Assembly: GCA_002432655.1 (NCBI GenBank)
Contig: DJFZ01000005.1
Span: 191,314-255,313 of the forward strand
Source: Thiotrichaceae bacterium UBA5859
Lineage (GTDB): Bacteria; Pseudomonadota; Gammaproteobacteria; UBA5859
DNA length: 64,000 nt
Direction: 5' to 3'
The notes under the pieces were generated by a model that was given only the letters and a program-made list of their open reading frames with translations, ran no database searches and was not told the origin of the DNA. Each line of letters opens with the position of its first letter. Positions within the stretch are counted from its first letter, which is position 1. The translations under genes and the position numbers were made by a program. This document shows positions 1 through 10,365 of the stretch, piece after piece.

Positions 1-1420
1 TGCCTTTATGTTAGTGCCTCAGACCCACGATCCAGCAAACATTGATTTAATAGTGGAGGGATTGACACCTGAATTGATGCCATTGGAGGGGGATTTGGTG
101 ACACCTGCTTTAAGGCTAGTGTATGACTATAGTCAGACTATTTCAGCTCAGCGTTTAAGTATGATAGTGATTTCTGATGGTGTGGAAGATATTGACGCGG
201 CCTTACCTTGGTTAGACAAATTAACTGCTATGGGGATGCGGATCTCTACGATAGATGTACTGCGTCCTGGTGTGAATGCAGCCGCTTCGTTGTCAGCGAA
301 GAAGCAATCTATTTCTAGAGTTTCTGCGGTAGCCAATGGTGTCAGTATAGACTCAAGTAGCTCTCCTGATGATTTGCTGGCAGTGTTGTCGCCGAAGGTG
401 GATCGATCCATTCACGATGATGAGTCGCGACATCAGACAACAAGATGGCAAGATCGCGGTGCATTGTTAGTATTGTTGACCTTGCCAATGGTGTTGTATG
501 GTTTTCGACGCGGATTAATTGTCAGTTGGAGTATGACCGTTTTAATGCTTGCAACCTTGAATACAGTGATGTTGTCACCGGCCCAGGCCGAAGAGGGATC
601 TGTACCCTGGTGGAGCCACAAAAACATGCGTGCTCAGGAACTGCTAACCTTGGGGGCATATGGGCAAGCGGCAGAGCTATTTGAGGATCCGGCTTGGCGT
701 GCCACCGCTCTCTATTTGGCGCAGAATTATTCTGAAGCTGGGGTACTGTTTAAAAAACTACAAACTGCGGACGGATTTTATAATGCTGGCAATGCGTTGG
801 CATATAGTGGCCAGTATGACAAAGCCTTCGATGCCTATCGTCGAGCCTTAGCAATGGATCCCGAGCACGAAGATGCACAATACAATATGGCTGTGATTGA
901 GCGGGTACTGGATAAACAGCAAGCAAAAAAATCACCTCCTAAGCAAAGTAATCAAACAGGTGTCGCTGGAGGCGCTTCCAGTGGGCAAGGTGAGTCAGAA
1001 AACGGCGTGAGTAAGTCCTCTGATAACCTACAGGGTGCGGGTCAACAAACCACAGGCGAAGAACAACGGGATCCTAAAGATGCGGCTTCTCAGGCTGCGC
1101 AATCACAGAACAATATGAATGATGTCTCCGCGTTAGAAGCAAACAAGAAGGCAGAAACACGCGCGGCGATTGAAGGCAGAACGGTGGATAGCACAAAACA
1201 ATTGTCCGGCCGAGCAGCGATAACCGAGCAGGATAGCCTTTTTAGCGAGGAAGAGTATCAGCAAAAAATTGCCAATATAAAATCTGATCCCGCCGGATTA
1301 ATCCGACGAAAACTCTACCGAGATTATCAGCAACGACAATTAGCTGAGACGCAGCAGAGCAAGGGACAAACTGAGTTTACCCCTGATTTAATACCTCTTA
1401 ACGTGCTGAATGGCCAGTGA
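1..1420 (+). CDS. vWA/TPR membrane protein, BatB/BatC-like; 5' end probably lies outside the window
   Basis: The frame is open to the window edge. It shows the tail of a vWA-like fold ([13 protein letters not shown]) and two hydrophobic spans ([31 protein letters not shown]). TPR-like repeats follow ([39 protein letters not shown]), then a Q/S/E-rich tail. Confidence 0.6.
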   Translation, partial: AFMLVPQTHDPANIDLIVEGLTPELMPLEGDLVTPALRLVYDYSQTISAQRLSMIVISDGVEDIDAALPWLDKLTAMGMRISTIDVLRPGVNAAASLSAKKQSISRVSAVANGVSIDSSSSPDDLLAVLSPKVDRSIHDDESRHQTTRWQDRGALLVLLTLPMVLYGFRRGLIVSWSMTVLMLATLNTVMLSPAQAEEGSVPWWSHKNMRAQELLTLGAYGQAAELFEDPAWRATALYLAQNYSEAGVLFKKLQTADGFYNAGNALAYSGQYDKAFDAYRRALAMDPEHEDAQYNMAVIERVLDKQQAKKSPPKQSNQTGVAGGASSGQGESENGVSKSSDNLQGAGQQTTGEEQRDPKDAASQAAQSQNNMNDVSALEANKKAETRAAIEGRTVDSTKQLSGRAAITEQDSLFSEEEYQQKIANIKSDPAGLIRRKLYRDYQQRQLAETQQSKGQTEFTPDLIPLNVLNGQ

Positions 1421-2615
1421 CTTTTACTTCCACTTTTTCTTCATCTGCGAGGCTAGAGTAATAGTCTCGCAAAATGGCTAGTACTTCAGGTCGGCTGAAT
1501 TCAGGTGGTACTTCATCTCCCTCAGATAGCATTTTTCTTAGTTTACTACCGGACAATAGCAATCTATCTTCTGCCGAATGTGGACAGGTTTTCATGGAGG
1601 CCATACCGCCGCATCGATAGCACCAGAATGTCCAATCTATTTTTAGTGGTTTTGTTAAGAGTGCATCAGGGGGAATGTTATCGAAAATTTGTTGTGCGTC
1701 GAACGGCCCATAAAACTCCCCTACCCCAGCGTGATCTCGACCGACTATTAAATGGGAACATCCATAATTTTGTCTAAATAAAGCGTGCAATAGCGCTTCC
1801 CGTGGCCCGGCATAACGCATATCTAAAGGATAGCCAGATTGCACAATCGTTTCTTGCCGAAAGTAATTTTCAGTGAGGGAGGAGATGGCTTTGGTACGGA
1901 CCTCAGCGGGAATATCCCCCGGTTTGAGTTTACCCAATAGAGAATGAATCATCACTCCATCACATATTTCCACAGCGATTTTGACCAGGTATTCATGGGA
2001 GCGGTGCATGGGATTCCGGGTTTGAAAAGCCGCCACAGTGTGCCAACCTTTTTCTTCAAACAAGGTTCGGGTGTCGTTGGGCGTCATATAGAGGCCGGCA
2101 TACTTTGATGGAAAATCCCCTTCACTCAGTACCTTGACCGGGCCTGCTAAGTTAACCGCCTTTTGCGCCATCACCATCTTCACTCCAGGATGGGCGTCAT
2201 CGGTAGTGCCGAAAACAGTTTGGCATTCATGGGCTTTGTCTATACTGTACTTTTCAGTGATCTGCATGGTGGCCATCAGATCACCGGTCTCTTCACTATA
2301 GAGCGCAACTTCACTATCAAGAGCAATGGCGTCAGCTGTCTGTTGATCGGTGGAGAGAGTGATTGGAATCGGCCAGAAAAGTCCGTTAGCAAGGCGCATG
2401 TTATCGCATACATTCTGCCAATCTTGTTGATTCATAAAGCCTTCTAGAGGTGTGAAACCACCTATACCAAGCATGATCAGATCACCAACTTCCCGCGACT
2501 GTATGTCTACTCGGGGCAAAGAGGTAGCTTTTTGGCGTTCTTGTTTCGACTCATCGGTTCCTAGCATCCGAGGCAACAGCTTGTCAGATCCGTGCGGTGC
2601 CACTAACTTAGACAT
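1398..2615 (-). CDS. sat: sulfate adenylyltransferase (single-subunit Sat-type ATP sulfurylase)
   Basis: 405 aa with [13 protein letters not shown] and GRDHAGVG motifs. The layout is Sat-type, not CysD/CysN. Its 3' end overlaps the convergent upstream gene by 23 nt. Confidence 0.9.
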   Translation of the reverse strand: MSKLVAPHGSDKLLPRMLGTDESKQERQKATSLPRVDIQSREVGDLIMLGIGGFTPLEGFMNQQDWQNVCDNMRLANGLFWPIPITLSTDQQTADAIALDSEVALYSEETGDLMATMQITEKYSIDKAHECQTVFGTTDDAHPGVKMVMAQKAVNLAGPVKVLSEGDFPSKYAGLYMTPNDTRTLFEEKGWHTVAAFQTRNPMHRSHEYLVKIAVEICDGVMIHSLLGKLKPGDIPAEVRTKAISSLTENYFRQETIVQSGYPLDMRYAGPREALLHALFRQNYGCSHLIVGRDHAGVGEFYGPFDAQQIFDNIPPDALLTKPLKIDWTFWCYRCGGMASMKTCPHSAEDRLLLSGSKLRKMLSEGDEVPPEFSRPEVLAILRDYYSSLADEEKVEVKVTGHSAR

Positions 2616-2846
2616 TTAAGTGTCCTTTTTAGTAAAAGAAGAGAATTTCAATAGATTATCCGCAATATTTTACCATTATTTCTCCATATTCGGTTATTTA
2701 CATGACTGCCAAAGTTCCGTTGGCGATTGACGCTGATAGGTGAACTCATGCACTATTTGCTGCTTTACCCGGGCATAGATCTTTAGCTATGCTTAAATAT
2801 GTATTGTTGCCATGACTGATATCCCTACCATTTCTGGGCCATTCAA

Positions 2847-3818
2847 TTGTTAGACTCATTTGGTCGTAAAATAGAATATCTACGCCTCTCGGTCACAGAC
2901 AGATGTGATCTCCGATGCCAGTATTGCTTGCCGAAAAAATTTAATCATTTTTTAGAGCCTGAATCATGGCTCACATTCGACGAAATTGAACGCGTCATTC
3001 GATTATTTTCTGAGTTAGGGGTACAAAGAATAAGACTCACGGGTGGAGAACCTCTCACTCGAAAAAATATTGTTGAGTTGGCGCAACGCATTTCCACCGT
3101 AGAGGGGATTGATGATTTATCTCTCAGTACCAACGCCACGCGCCTACAACACTTAGCTAAACCATTAAAGGCAGCCGGCGTGTCACGAATCAATGTTAGT
3201 TTGGACACATTGGATAACGCGAACTATCGCCGTATTACTGGTGGGTTATTAGATAAAGCACTGTCGGGTATTGATGCCGCATATGAGGCAGGTTTGTCAC
3301 CAATAAAAATTAACATGGTGTTGATGAAAGGCATAAATGATCACGAAGTGGACGAAATGGTCACTTTCTGTATGGCGCGCAATCTAACCTTGCGATTGAT
3401 CGAGACTATGCCTATTGGTGAGCCGGGTTTTGAGGCGACTGCCCAATATGTGAATTTGCAATCGATAGAAAACCGTTTGGCGAAAAAGTTTGCAGCGGTT
3501 CCCGGACACATGCCGGGAGGCGGACCGGCAAGGTATTTGAAGGCGGGTGAAAGTGGAGCACATATTGGATTTATCACACCTAAATCTCAACATTTTTGCG
3601 AGACATGTAATCGCGTGAGACTGACAGCGGATGGTCAATTATATTTATGTTTAGGTCAAAACGATAAAGTGGATTTAGCCACGCCACTGCGTACTGGTGT
3701 CACAGACGATGGGTTATTAAATATATTAGAACAAGCGATTTTGGCTAAACCCGAAAAGCATGAATTTAATGATAAGCCCTATCAGGTGCTGAGGTTTATG
3801 TCTACGACCGGGGGATAG
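2847..3818 (+). CDS. moaA: GTP 3',8-cyclase MoaA (molybdenum cofactor biosynthesis, radical SAM)
   Basis: N-terminus FGRKIEYLRLSVTDRCDLRCQYC carries the CxxxCxxC motif. A C-terminal cluster region reads CETCNRVRLTADGQLYLCL. The track start is TTG, so the start is uncertain. Confidence 0.92.
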   Translation: MLDSFGRKIEYLRLSVTDRCDLRCQYCLPKKFNHFLEPESWLTFDEIERVIRLFSELGVQRIRLTGGEPLTRKNIVELAQRISTVEGIDDLSLSTNATRLQHLAKPLKAAGVSRINVSLDTLDNANYRRITGGLLDKALSGIDAAYEAGLSPIKINMVLMKGINDHEVDEMVTFCMARNLTLRLIETMPIGEPGFEATAQYVNLQSIENRLAKKFAAVPGHMPGGGPARYLKAGESGAHIGFITPKSQHFCETCNRVRLTADGQLYLCLGQNDKVDLATPLRTGVTDDGLLNILEQAILAKPEKHEFNDKPYQVLRFMSTTGG

Positions 3819-3854
3819 TTGATCGTTTAACCTCAATGCTCAGATTATAGTCCA

Positions 3855-5264
3855 TTAGCTGTTCTCTTTTGGCGTAAGAATGTGATCCACTAGTTCCAAG
3901 TCTTGTTTAGAGAGCGTGCCTATAGTTAAGCTAATGCCTAATAACTGTAACAAATATTGGTATTGTGCTTGTGCATGATTTGTTTGGGCGCCATATAGTC
4001 GTTGTTGGGCGGCCAATACATCACCCGCTGTTCTTTGGCCAACTTCAAATCCCAATTCAGTTGAAGCCAATAATAGTTCTGCTGATCGTAGCGATCGTCG
4101 AAAAGCCGATACTTGTCGGCGGGTAGTTTGTAAATTTCTCGCCGCCTCTTTTACTTGTCGGGGAATGGTTCTTCCTAGATGAACAACGTTTTGATGAGCT
4201 GCTTCTCGATTGCCGATGGCTTCTTTTATCTCAGCACTTCTCAAACCACCGGTAAACAGGGGCAGTTGGCCATTGATACTGTATAGGGTAGCGTCAGAAT
4301 CTGAGGGACTGCCAAAGGCACTATCGTTTTCAGAAGATTCAGTATAACTGGCATTCAGGGAGATGACCGGTAATCGTTTTGCCCGCAGTCGTGCCACCTC
4401 TTTCTTTGCCACATGATGGCCAATACGGGCTAAATTTAGTTGACCATTCGCTTTCTGCGCAACCGTGACTAACTCTTCGGCAGAGGGCACTTGCATGGCG
4501 GGTGCATCTAGATCCAACTCGCCTTCGAAACTGGGTATGTCTCCAGGCTCCGTCCCGACGAGATCGGCTATCTCGTAATATTTATTTTGTAGATTGGTTT
4601 CGATAGCCACTAGGCGCGCAGCAATCAGATCGTATGCCGCCTGGGCTTCATGTTTATCGGTGACGCTTGCTGCACCCACTTCAAAAGCTGCTTCAGCTTT
4701 GTTTTTTTGTTCTTCAATCGCATCCCTTTCGGCATTGGCTAGCTTCAATTCATCCTGAATGATTAAATATTCTAAATACGCTTTGCCTACTCGAAACAGC
4801 AAGTCTTGTTCAGCGAGTTGATATTCAAGTCTGGCTTGTTGCTGCAAAGCTCCGGCCTGAGACATGAGATAGATAGCCTGAAAATTGATTGGTTGGCTTA
4901 AGGATAAGGTAACCGCGTTGCTGTTGTAGCGAAGTTCGTTTTTAAAGATTGAGTTAATATCAAACCCGGTCGGACTAGGCGATGCTGAGGATTCTCGTTC
5001 TATTTCTATATCATTTAGTGTTGTGTTACCTACTAAATTTAATTGCGGCATGACGATGGCGCGGCTTTTTGCTCCAATAGTTAATTTCGCCTCTAAAGTG
5101 GCTTGGGCTGCTTTTAGTTTGGCGTCGTATATCAGAGACTGCTCATAGATATCTATAATGGAAGTCGAGGAATTGGTGTTTGATTCTGCCATTGGTTGAT
5201 TGGCAATCAACATGAGGTTGCCGGCAAGCATCAATGGATATGCTTTTTTATAGATATTGTTCAC
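3855..5264 (-). CDS. TolC-family outer membrane efflux protein
   Basis: 469 aa with a signal peptide and two repeated halves rich in A/Q/L coiled segments, typical of the outer membrane factor family. It is the last gene of the MFP-RND string. Confidence 0.85.
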   Translation of the reverse strand: MNNIYKKAYPLMLAGNLMLIANQPMAESNTNSSTSIIDIYEQSLIYDAKLKAAQATLEAKLTIGAKSRAIVMPQLNLVGNTTLNDIEIERESSASPSPTGFDINSIFKNELRYNSNAVTLSLSQPINFQAIYLMSQAGALQQQARLEYQLAEQDLLFRVGKAYLEYLIIQDELKLANAERDAIEEQKNKAEAAFEVGAASVTDKHEAQAAYDLIAARLVAIETNLQNKYYEIADLVGTEPGDIPSFEGELDLDAPAMQVPSAEELVTVAQKANGQLNLARIGHHVAKKEVARLRAKRLPVISLNASYTESSENDSAFGSPSDSDATLYSINGQLPLFTGGLRSAEIKEAIGNREAAHQNVVHLGRTIPRQVKEAARNLQTTRRQVSAFRRSLRSAELLLASTELGFEVGQRTAGDVLAAQQRLYGAQTNHAQAQYQYLLQLLGISLTIGTLSKQDLELVDHILTPKENS

Positions 5265-5291
5265 TTAACATCTCTCTAATTGTTAAATAAT

Positions 5292-8200
5292 TTATTCTTG
5301 TTTCTGCGCGTAAGTGGGTGTGCCGCCCGAAGAGGTAGTAGCGCTAGTCTGTTTTCGTATTTTAAAGTTTTCCAGTAGAGAATAAGCGCAAGGCACTACT
5401 AACAAGGTCAACAAGGTAGAGCTGAGCATGCCACCAATCACCGCTATTGCCATGGGGCCGTTGGTCTCAGCACCGGCGCCTAACCCAAGTGTTGCAGGGA
5501 ACAGGGCTAGGATAATGGTCATGGATGTCATGAGCACAGGTCGCATGCGGTGAGGGCAAGCGGCTAATAGTGCTTCATCAATGGCCATGCCCTGTTCTCG
5601 ATATTGATTAGTGAGATCTACCAGTAGAATTGAATTCTTAGCAACTAAGCCGACAAGGAGCACAAAACCAATCATTGAATACATATTCATGGTATGGCCG
5701 GTGAAATAGAGTAAGTAGACACCGCCCACTACAGCCAAGGGTTGTGCGATCATGACAATTGCAGGTTGTGCAAAGGAATTGAACTGACTGGCGAGTACCA
5801 TATACACCAGGATTAAGGCCAAAGAGAAGGTCAGTATCATATTCGATACAGTTTCTTCGAACGATGACGCCTGACCAATCAAGTCAATTGAATAGCCTGG
5901 TGGTAATAATTCATTTGATACCTCATCGAGAATTTTTGTGGCTTCCGATAAGGGCATATTGGGATCCGCATAGTAGGTAGCAGCATACTTGAGATTATGA
6001 CGAGGAATGGCAGAGGGGCCAATGTTTTCAACAAACTCAGCAATCGAGTCGAGTCGTACCATCTCACCGCTTCTGGATCTTAGATAGATATTTTTCAAGT
6101 CTTCAGGTCCTCTCAAAGTACCTTCCTGAGCCTTCAGACGAATGTCGTAGCGTTCACCGTCACCAGGTTCGTCATTGTATTTCGCAACATCAAAGCCACC
6201 CGCCAGTACATTCACAGTGAAGGCGATGTCGCTGGCGCTAATGCCTAAATTGGCAAGTTGTTCTCTTTCCAGAGTCGGGCGAACTTGGGGTAACGAAATC
6301 TGTAAGTCCCCATCGATGCGACCGAATCCTGGGTAGCTTTGTAGCTTGTTAACAATCTTGTCCCCAACAGCAGAGACCTTGTCTAAGCTGTATCCACTCA
6401 CTACAAATTGAAGAGGTTCCCCACGAAAACCACCAAACGGACTGACGTTAGACACAAAACTCCGCACACCGGGGATCTGCGCAAGTTCCTCGTTGAGCTG
6501 CGCTTGCAGTTCCCACTGTTTTTGGTCGCGATCATCACGGCCACGCATGGTGATGAAGACAATACCGCTATTGACTTCTTGTGTTTGGCCTAAACCAACG
6601 GCAGAAAAATAGGTGCCAATAGAATCTCGGTGGCGCTCTACGATCCGCTCAATCTCTTGTAAACGTTCTGCGGTGTATCCGATATCACTACCTAGAGGCG
6701 TTTTGAAGGTAATCATCAACTGGCCTTCATCAATTTTTGGCATGAAGCCTTTACCCATTTGCTGGAAGGGGACACAGCTGGTGGCTACCACGACTAGACT
6801 GACGAGCATCACTTTGACGCGATGCTTTAAACCAAAATTGATAAATTTCTTATAAGCCTCTTCCATCGAGCGAAACATGCTCTCTAAAGAGTTATACACC
6901 ACACCGTGTGTTGCTTGTACTTTTAAGAATCGTGCACATAACATTGGTGTGAGGGTAATAGCGACAAAGAAAGATGCCATAATGCCGAAGGTGACAACTA
7001 CGGCAAATTCTCGAAAGAATTCGCCAATTATTCCGGTCATAAATATGACCGGACCGAATATAGCAACCAAGGTCATGGTGGCAGCGAAAATAGCAAAAAA
7101 CACCTGGTTACTTGCCTTGATGGCAACTTCACCGGGATCTTCTTCGGGGTTTTCTTCGCGGTGACGGAAAATATTTTCCAGAACCACAATAGAATCGTCT
7201 ACTACCACGCCAATTAACAGCAACAGCGCCAGTAAGCTCATGGTGTTGAAGGTATAGCCGAAACCAAACATCACGGCTACTGCCGCCAATAGTGAGACAG
7301 GGATGGCAAGAGAGATAATGATAGTACCGCGACCGCTTTTTAAAAACAGCAGCACCACCAATCCAGCGAGTATGGTTCCAAGGAACACGTGCTCATACAA
7401 TGCACTTACCAGCTCTTTAATAATTCGTGCGCTATCAGTGGCGATTCTGACTTCCAGACCTGGAGGAAGCTGGGGGCGAATTTCCTCATTTAACCTATTA
7501 GTGACTTCATTGGCGATGGCTACAGTGTTACTACCGGCAACTTTGATGATGCCTAATCCTACACTGGGTTTGCCATCCAGTTGTGCCAATTGTCGATAAT
7601 CTTCTAGGCCATCCACTACATTGGCCACATCTTTGAGTCGAATGTTTAAACCGTCGCGGTTTGTGATAATCAAATTGGCCAGTTCATCTGTATCGTGAAA
7701 TTCTAAATCCATGCGAATTAGATGTTCTGCACCATCGGCGCTAAGGAAACCGCCCGGAAATTGAATATGAGAGGTTTGAAAGGCACGTATCAAATCTTGT
7801 GTAGTGAGCCCATAAGCAGACAGCCTCTTAATATCGATTTCAGCTCGGATTACTCGCTGACGACCGCCACCCATTGTGATTTGGCCAACGCCGTCGATAT
7901 TCTCTAAACGTTTCTTGATGATATTTTCTGCATACTGATTCAACTGTTGTAAGGTACGATCACCTTGTAGCACTAACCACATGATAGGAAAGGCATCGGG
8001 ATCGACTTTCGCCACTATGGGGGTTTCCGCATCGGTGGGTAGATTATTGATTACCTGATTGATTTTTGCTTGCACTTCGTTAAAAGCAACGTCCACGTTC
8101 TTATCGATGTCAAAGCGCACCATGATTTGTGACACACTCGGTGAAGAGGTTGAACGCAGCTCATCAATACCCGGCACACTATTGACCACAGATTCCAAAA

Positions 8201-8396
8201 GGTTGGTCACACTGGAATCAATAATTTCCGGGCTGGCACCAGGTAAGATCGTAGTTACGGTGATCATCGGAAAGTCGATGGCTGGAAATTGTGCGACACC
8301 GATTCGATCCACACTAATAGCACCGAAGAGAATCAGCGCCGCACTGAGCATGTAGGCTAGGACATATCGTTTAACGGAAAGTTCAGGCAGTGTCAT
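5292..8396 (-). CDS. RND efflux transporter permease (AcrB/HAE1-like)
   Basis: 1034 aa with 12 TM segments in a 1+5/1+5 arrangement and two large periplasmic loops. It overlaps the upstream adaptor gene by 4 nt. Confidence 0.93.
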   Translation of the reverse strand: MTLPELSVKRYVLAYMLSAALILFGAISVDRIGVAQFPAIDFPMITVTTILPGASPEIIDSSVTNLLESVVNSVPGIDELRSTSSPSVSQIMVRFDIDKNVDVAFNEVQAKINQVINNLPTDAETPIVAKVDPDAFPIMWLVLQGDRTLQQLNQYAENIIKKRLENIDGVGQITMGGGRQRVIRAEIDIKRLSAYGLTTQDLIRAFQTSHIQFPGGFLSADGAEHLIRMDLEFHDTDELANLIITNRDGLNIRLKDVANVVDGLEDYRQLAQLDGKPSVGLGIIKVAGSNTVAIANEVTNRLNEEIRPQLPPGLEVRIATDSARIIKELVSALYEHVFLGTILAGLVVLLFLKSGRGTIIISLAIPVSLLAAVAVMFGFGYTFNTMSLLALLLLIGVVVDDSIVVLENIFRHREENPEEDPGEVAIKASNQVFFAIFAATMTLVAIFGPVIFMTGIIGEFFREFAVVVTFGIMASFFVAITLTPMLCARFLKVQATHGVVYNSLESMFRSMEEAYKKFINFGLKHRVKVMLVSLVVVATSCVPFQQMGKGFMPKIDEGQLMITFKTPLGSDIGYTAERLQEIERIVERHRDSIGTYFSAVGLGQTQEVNSGIVFITMRGRDDRDQKQWELQAQLNEELAQIPGVRSFVSNVSPFGGFRGEPLQFVVSGYSLDKVSAVGDKIVNKLQSYPGFGRIDGDLQISLPQVRPTLEREQLANLGISASDIAFTVNVLAGGFDVAKYNDEPGDGERYDIRLKAQEGTLRGPEDLKNIYLRSRSGEMVRLDSIAEFVENIGPSAIPRHNLKYAATYYADPNMPLSEATKILDEVSNELLPPGYSIDLIGQASSFEETVSNMILTFSLALILVYMVLASQFNSFAQPAIVMIAQPLAVVGGVYLLYFTGHTMNMYSMIGFVLLVGLVAKNSILLVDLTNQYREQGMAIDEALLAACPHRMRPVLMTSMTIILALFPATLGLGAGAETNGPMAIAVIGGMLSSTLLTLLVVPCAYSLLENFKIRKQTSATTSSGGTPTYAQKQE

Positions 8397-9502
8397 TGTG
8401 TGCTCTCCTGAATGCGGACTTGTGCCTCATGACTCAAAAATCCAGCACCATCTAAGGCGACTTCGGTGTTTTTATCCAGGCCACTGAGGATTTCAATTTT
8501 GTCCCCTACACGAACACCTGTCTGCACAACCTTTTGCTTCGCCAAACCATTTTCAATTACGTAGACTACCCTGCCGGCAGGTCTAAGCACCACCGATCTC
8601 AGCGGCACCAACAATGCCTCTTCCCTTGCGTCAATAACAACTTCCCCCTGCACACTGGCACCGGGTCGCCAGTTGCCGGGATTGTTAAATTCAGCGATCA
8701 CCTGTAGTGCTCGGTTGCCGATATTTATATTAGGTAGGATTTCACTAATGGTTCCTTCTGCAACTTGGCCTGGTGAAGTGTCTGTTGTGAGGCGTACTAT
8801 CTGCCCGGTCTTGAGTGACGTACTCAGGGTTTCTGGAAAATTTAATCGTGCCTGAAGCAGTTCATCGGTACTGATCTCAAACACTCCCTGACCCATGGCA
8901 ACAAAATCACCTACGGAGATCTTACGATTTTCCACTATGCCGTTGACCGGTGAACGAATCGCAGTTTTCTTTATCTGTTCATTGACCTGGGCCAACTGGG
9001 ATTGTGCGGAATTAAGAGCAGCAGATTGGGCGGCTAATTGTGCCTCCGCTTCGTCCAACATCGCCTCAGAGATAAAATTCTGTTCTACAAGTTTACGGTT
9101 GCGAGTGACCAAACGATCTAGGTTGTTCACGATAGCTTCAAGGCGTTTAACATTAGCGTCCGCAGCATCCCGTTGTAGCTCTAAGTCTTTAGTATCAAGT
9201 TGGGCAAGTTTTTGGCCTCGCTCGACGGTTTGTCCTGCGTCCACATATATTCGAATCACACGGCCCATCGCTTCAGCAGCAATTCTAGGTGAGGTTTTGC
9301 TGGTGATTTGGCCGACGCTACTTTCTATCACCTCAACCGGACCCACTGTGGGTTCAGCTAGGGTGATTAAAGTTGCAGAAATGGACTCATCAACTGCCCC
9401 ATTGGCCTCAGAATTGTTGCCACACCCCGAAGTGATTAAGACGCCCGGTAGGCAGAGAGTTGCCACCAGAGTAAGTCGATGGAGGGAATTGTATTTTTTC
9501 AT
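8393..9502 (-). CDS. RND efflux periplasmic adaptor (MFP) lipoprotein
   Basis: Lipobox LITSGC, an A/Q/L-rich alpha-hairpin (EAQLAAQSAALNSAQSQLAQVNEQ) and a beta-rich C-terminus. It sits in an operon with the RND permease. Confidence 0.9.
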   Translation of the reverse strand: MKKYNSLHRLTLVATLCLPGVLITSGCGNNSEANGAVDESISATLITLAEPTVGPVEVIESSVGQITSKTSPRIAAEAMGRVIRIYVDAGQTVERGQKLAQLDTKDLELQRDAADANVKRLEAIVNNLDRLVTRNRKLVEQNFISEAMLDEAEAQLAAQSAALNSAQSQLAQVNEQIKKTAIRSPVNGIVENRKISVGDFVAMGQGVFEISTDELLQARLNFPETLSTSLKTGQIVRLTTDTSPGQVAEGTISEILPNINIGNRALQVIAEFNNPGNWRPGASVQGEVVIDAREEALLVPLRSVVLRPAGRVVYVIENGLAKQKVVQTGVRVGDKIEILSGLDKNTEVALDGAGFLSHEAQVRIQESTQ

Positions 9503-9539
9503 ATTTTTTCTTTCATAGATTAGTTCCGATGGAACCGAA

Positions 9540-10151
9540 TTATTCTTCTAATATTCCATACAAAATTGTGTTTGCGACGTTCTCGCAATAGCGATCAGGG
9601 CTGTCTGCGAAAACAATGTCAGGAAAATGGTTAAAAAATTCATGGGCCTGGAAAAAGAACACATTGCTACCAATGAGGAGCGTTGCTACTAAAGCAGGAT
9701 CCACCCCCTCTTTGATTTCGCCTTTTTCCTGCGAACTTTTTAGGATCTGTACTAAGCGAGAAAAATTTTTCGCAAAGGTATTTTTAGCAATTTCTACAGT
9801 GGCGCGCTGGCCTCTTTTTTGTAATTCTCGCAAGGTCAATTGAGTAATGACGCTATTTCGCATTAGCTGTTTCAAGTGTGCACGAGTGTAGCGTGGAATT
9901 TGTTCCTTTGTGTGACCACTGCTGCTATCCATTTCTTCCAACAATCGTGTCATGTCTTCACATGCCTTTTTTAGTATGGCGCCATATAGATCACTCTTAC
10001 TTTTAAAATGGTGAAGTATATTGGCTTTGCTTACCCCTGCTTGCTTGGCGATCTGGCTGAGCGAAACACTGTCAAAATCCTGTTGGGCGAACAGGGTTTC
10101 CGCTGCGGCTAGGATCCTAAATTCGCCGTCATTGTTAATATGCGTGACCAT
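9540..10151 (-). CDS. TetR/AcrR-family transcriptional regulator
   Basis: N-terminal HTH SLSQIAKQAGVSKANILHHFKSKSDLY. 203 aa. It is the first gene upstream of the MFP-RND-TolC genes. Confidence 0.9.
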   Translation of the reverse strand: MVTHINNDGEFRILAAAETLFAQQDFDSVSLSQIAKQAGVSKANILHHFKSKSDLYGAILKKACEDMTRLLEEMDSSSGHTKEQIPRYTRAHLKQLMRNSVITQLTLRELQKRGQRATVEIAKNTFAKNFSRLVQILKSSQEKGEIKEGVDPALVATLLIGSNVFFFQAHEFFNHFPDIVFADSPDRYCENVANTILYGILEE

Positions 10152-10226
10152 ACCTGATGCTTTGTCAAAAATTAGTGAATATTAGGAACTTGATTAGGCA
10201 GACTAATTATTCTCAAAAATGACTGT

Positions 10227-10242
10227 CTGACCGGACGGTCAG
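10227..10242. promoter_or_regulatory. 16-bp perfect palindrome CTGACCG-GA-CGGTCAG; candidate TetR operator
   Basis: The 7+2+7 inverted repeat lies about 75 nt upstream of the TetR start codon. No adjacent T-run, so a protein-binding site is more likely than a terminator. Confidence 0.35.
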
Positions 10243-10267
10243 TATACGGATTTCGGTGGCTGTAGTC

Positions 10268-10296
10268 AAAATCTCCCTCGGGTTGAGGGAGATTTT
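10268..10296 (-). terminator. Rho-independent terminator downstream of rpoH (bidirectional shape)
   Basis: AAAATCTCCCTC-GGGTT-GAGGGAGATTTT forms a 12-bp stem with A/T runs on both sides, about 70 nt after the rpoH stop. Confidence 0.6.
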
Positions 10297-10365
10297 CTAG
10301 ATACAGCAGCTTTTAGAGCATAATTGACGATTGTTAGGATTCGATAAAGTCGAACCGGATTCAGG

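Noticed and set aside
2616-2846. Moco riboswitch in the 231-nt region upstream of moaA.
   Set aside because: I could not recognise the conserved Moco-motif helices or sequence blocks by eye. A covariance-model search would be needed, so no call is made.
8895-9518. Long antisense ORFs inside well-supported genes. Examples are 8895-9518 (+) in the MFP gene, 13146-13652 (+) in ftsY, 50903-51340 (-) in the second MFP gene, 57344-57733 (-) in amt, and 47127-47597 in alternative frames of the MORN gene.
   Set aside because: They lie entirely within genes that carry strong family motifs on the other strand or frame. Their composition is odd (Ser/Ala/Pro/Arg-rich), they lack ribosome-binding sites, and in the MORN case they are artefacts of the repeat. 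They are shadow ORFs.
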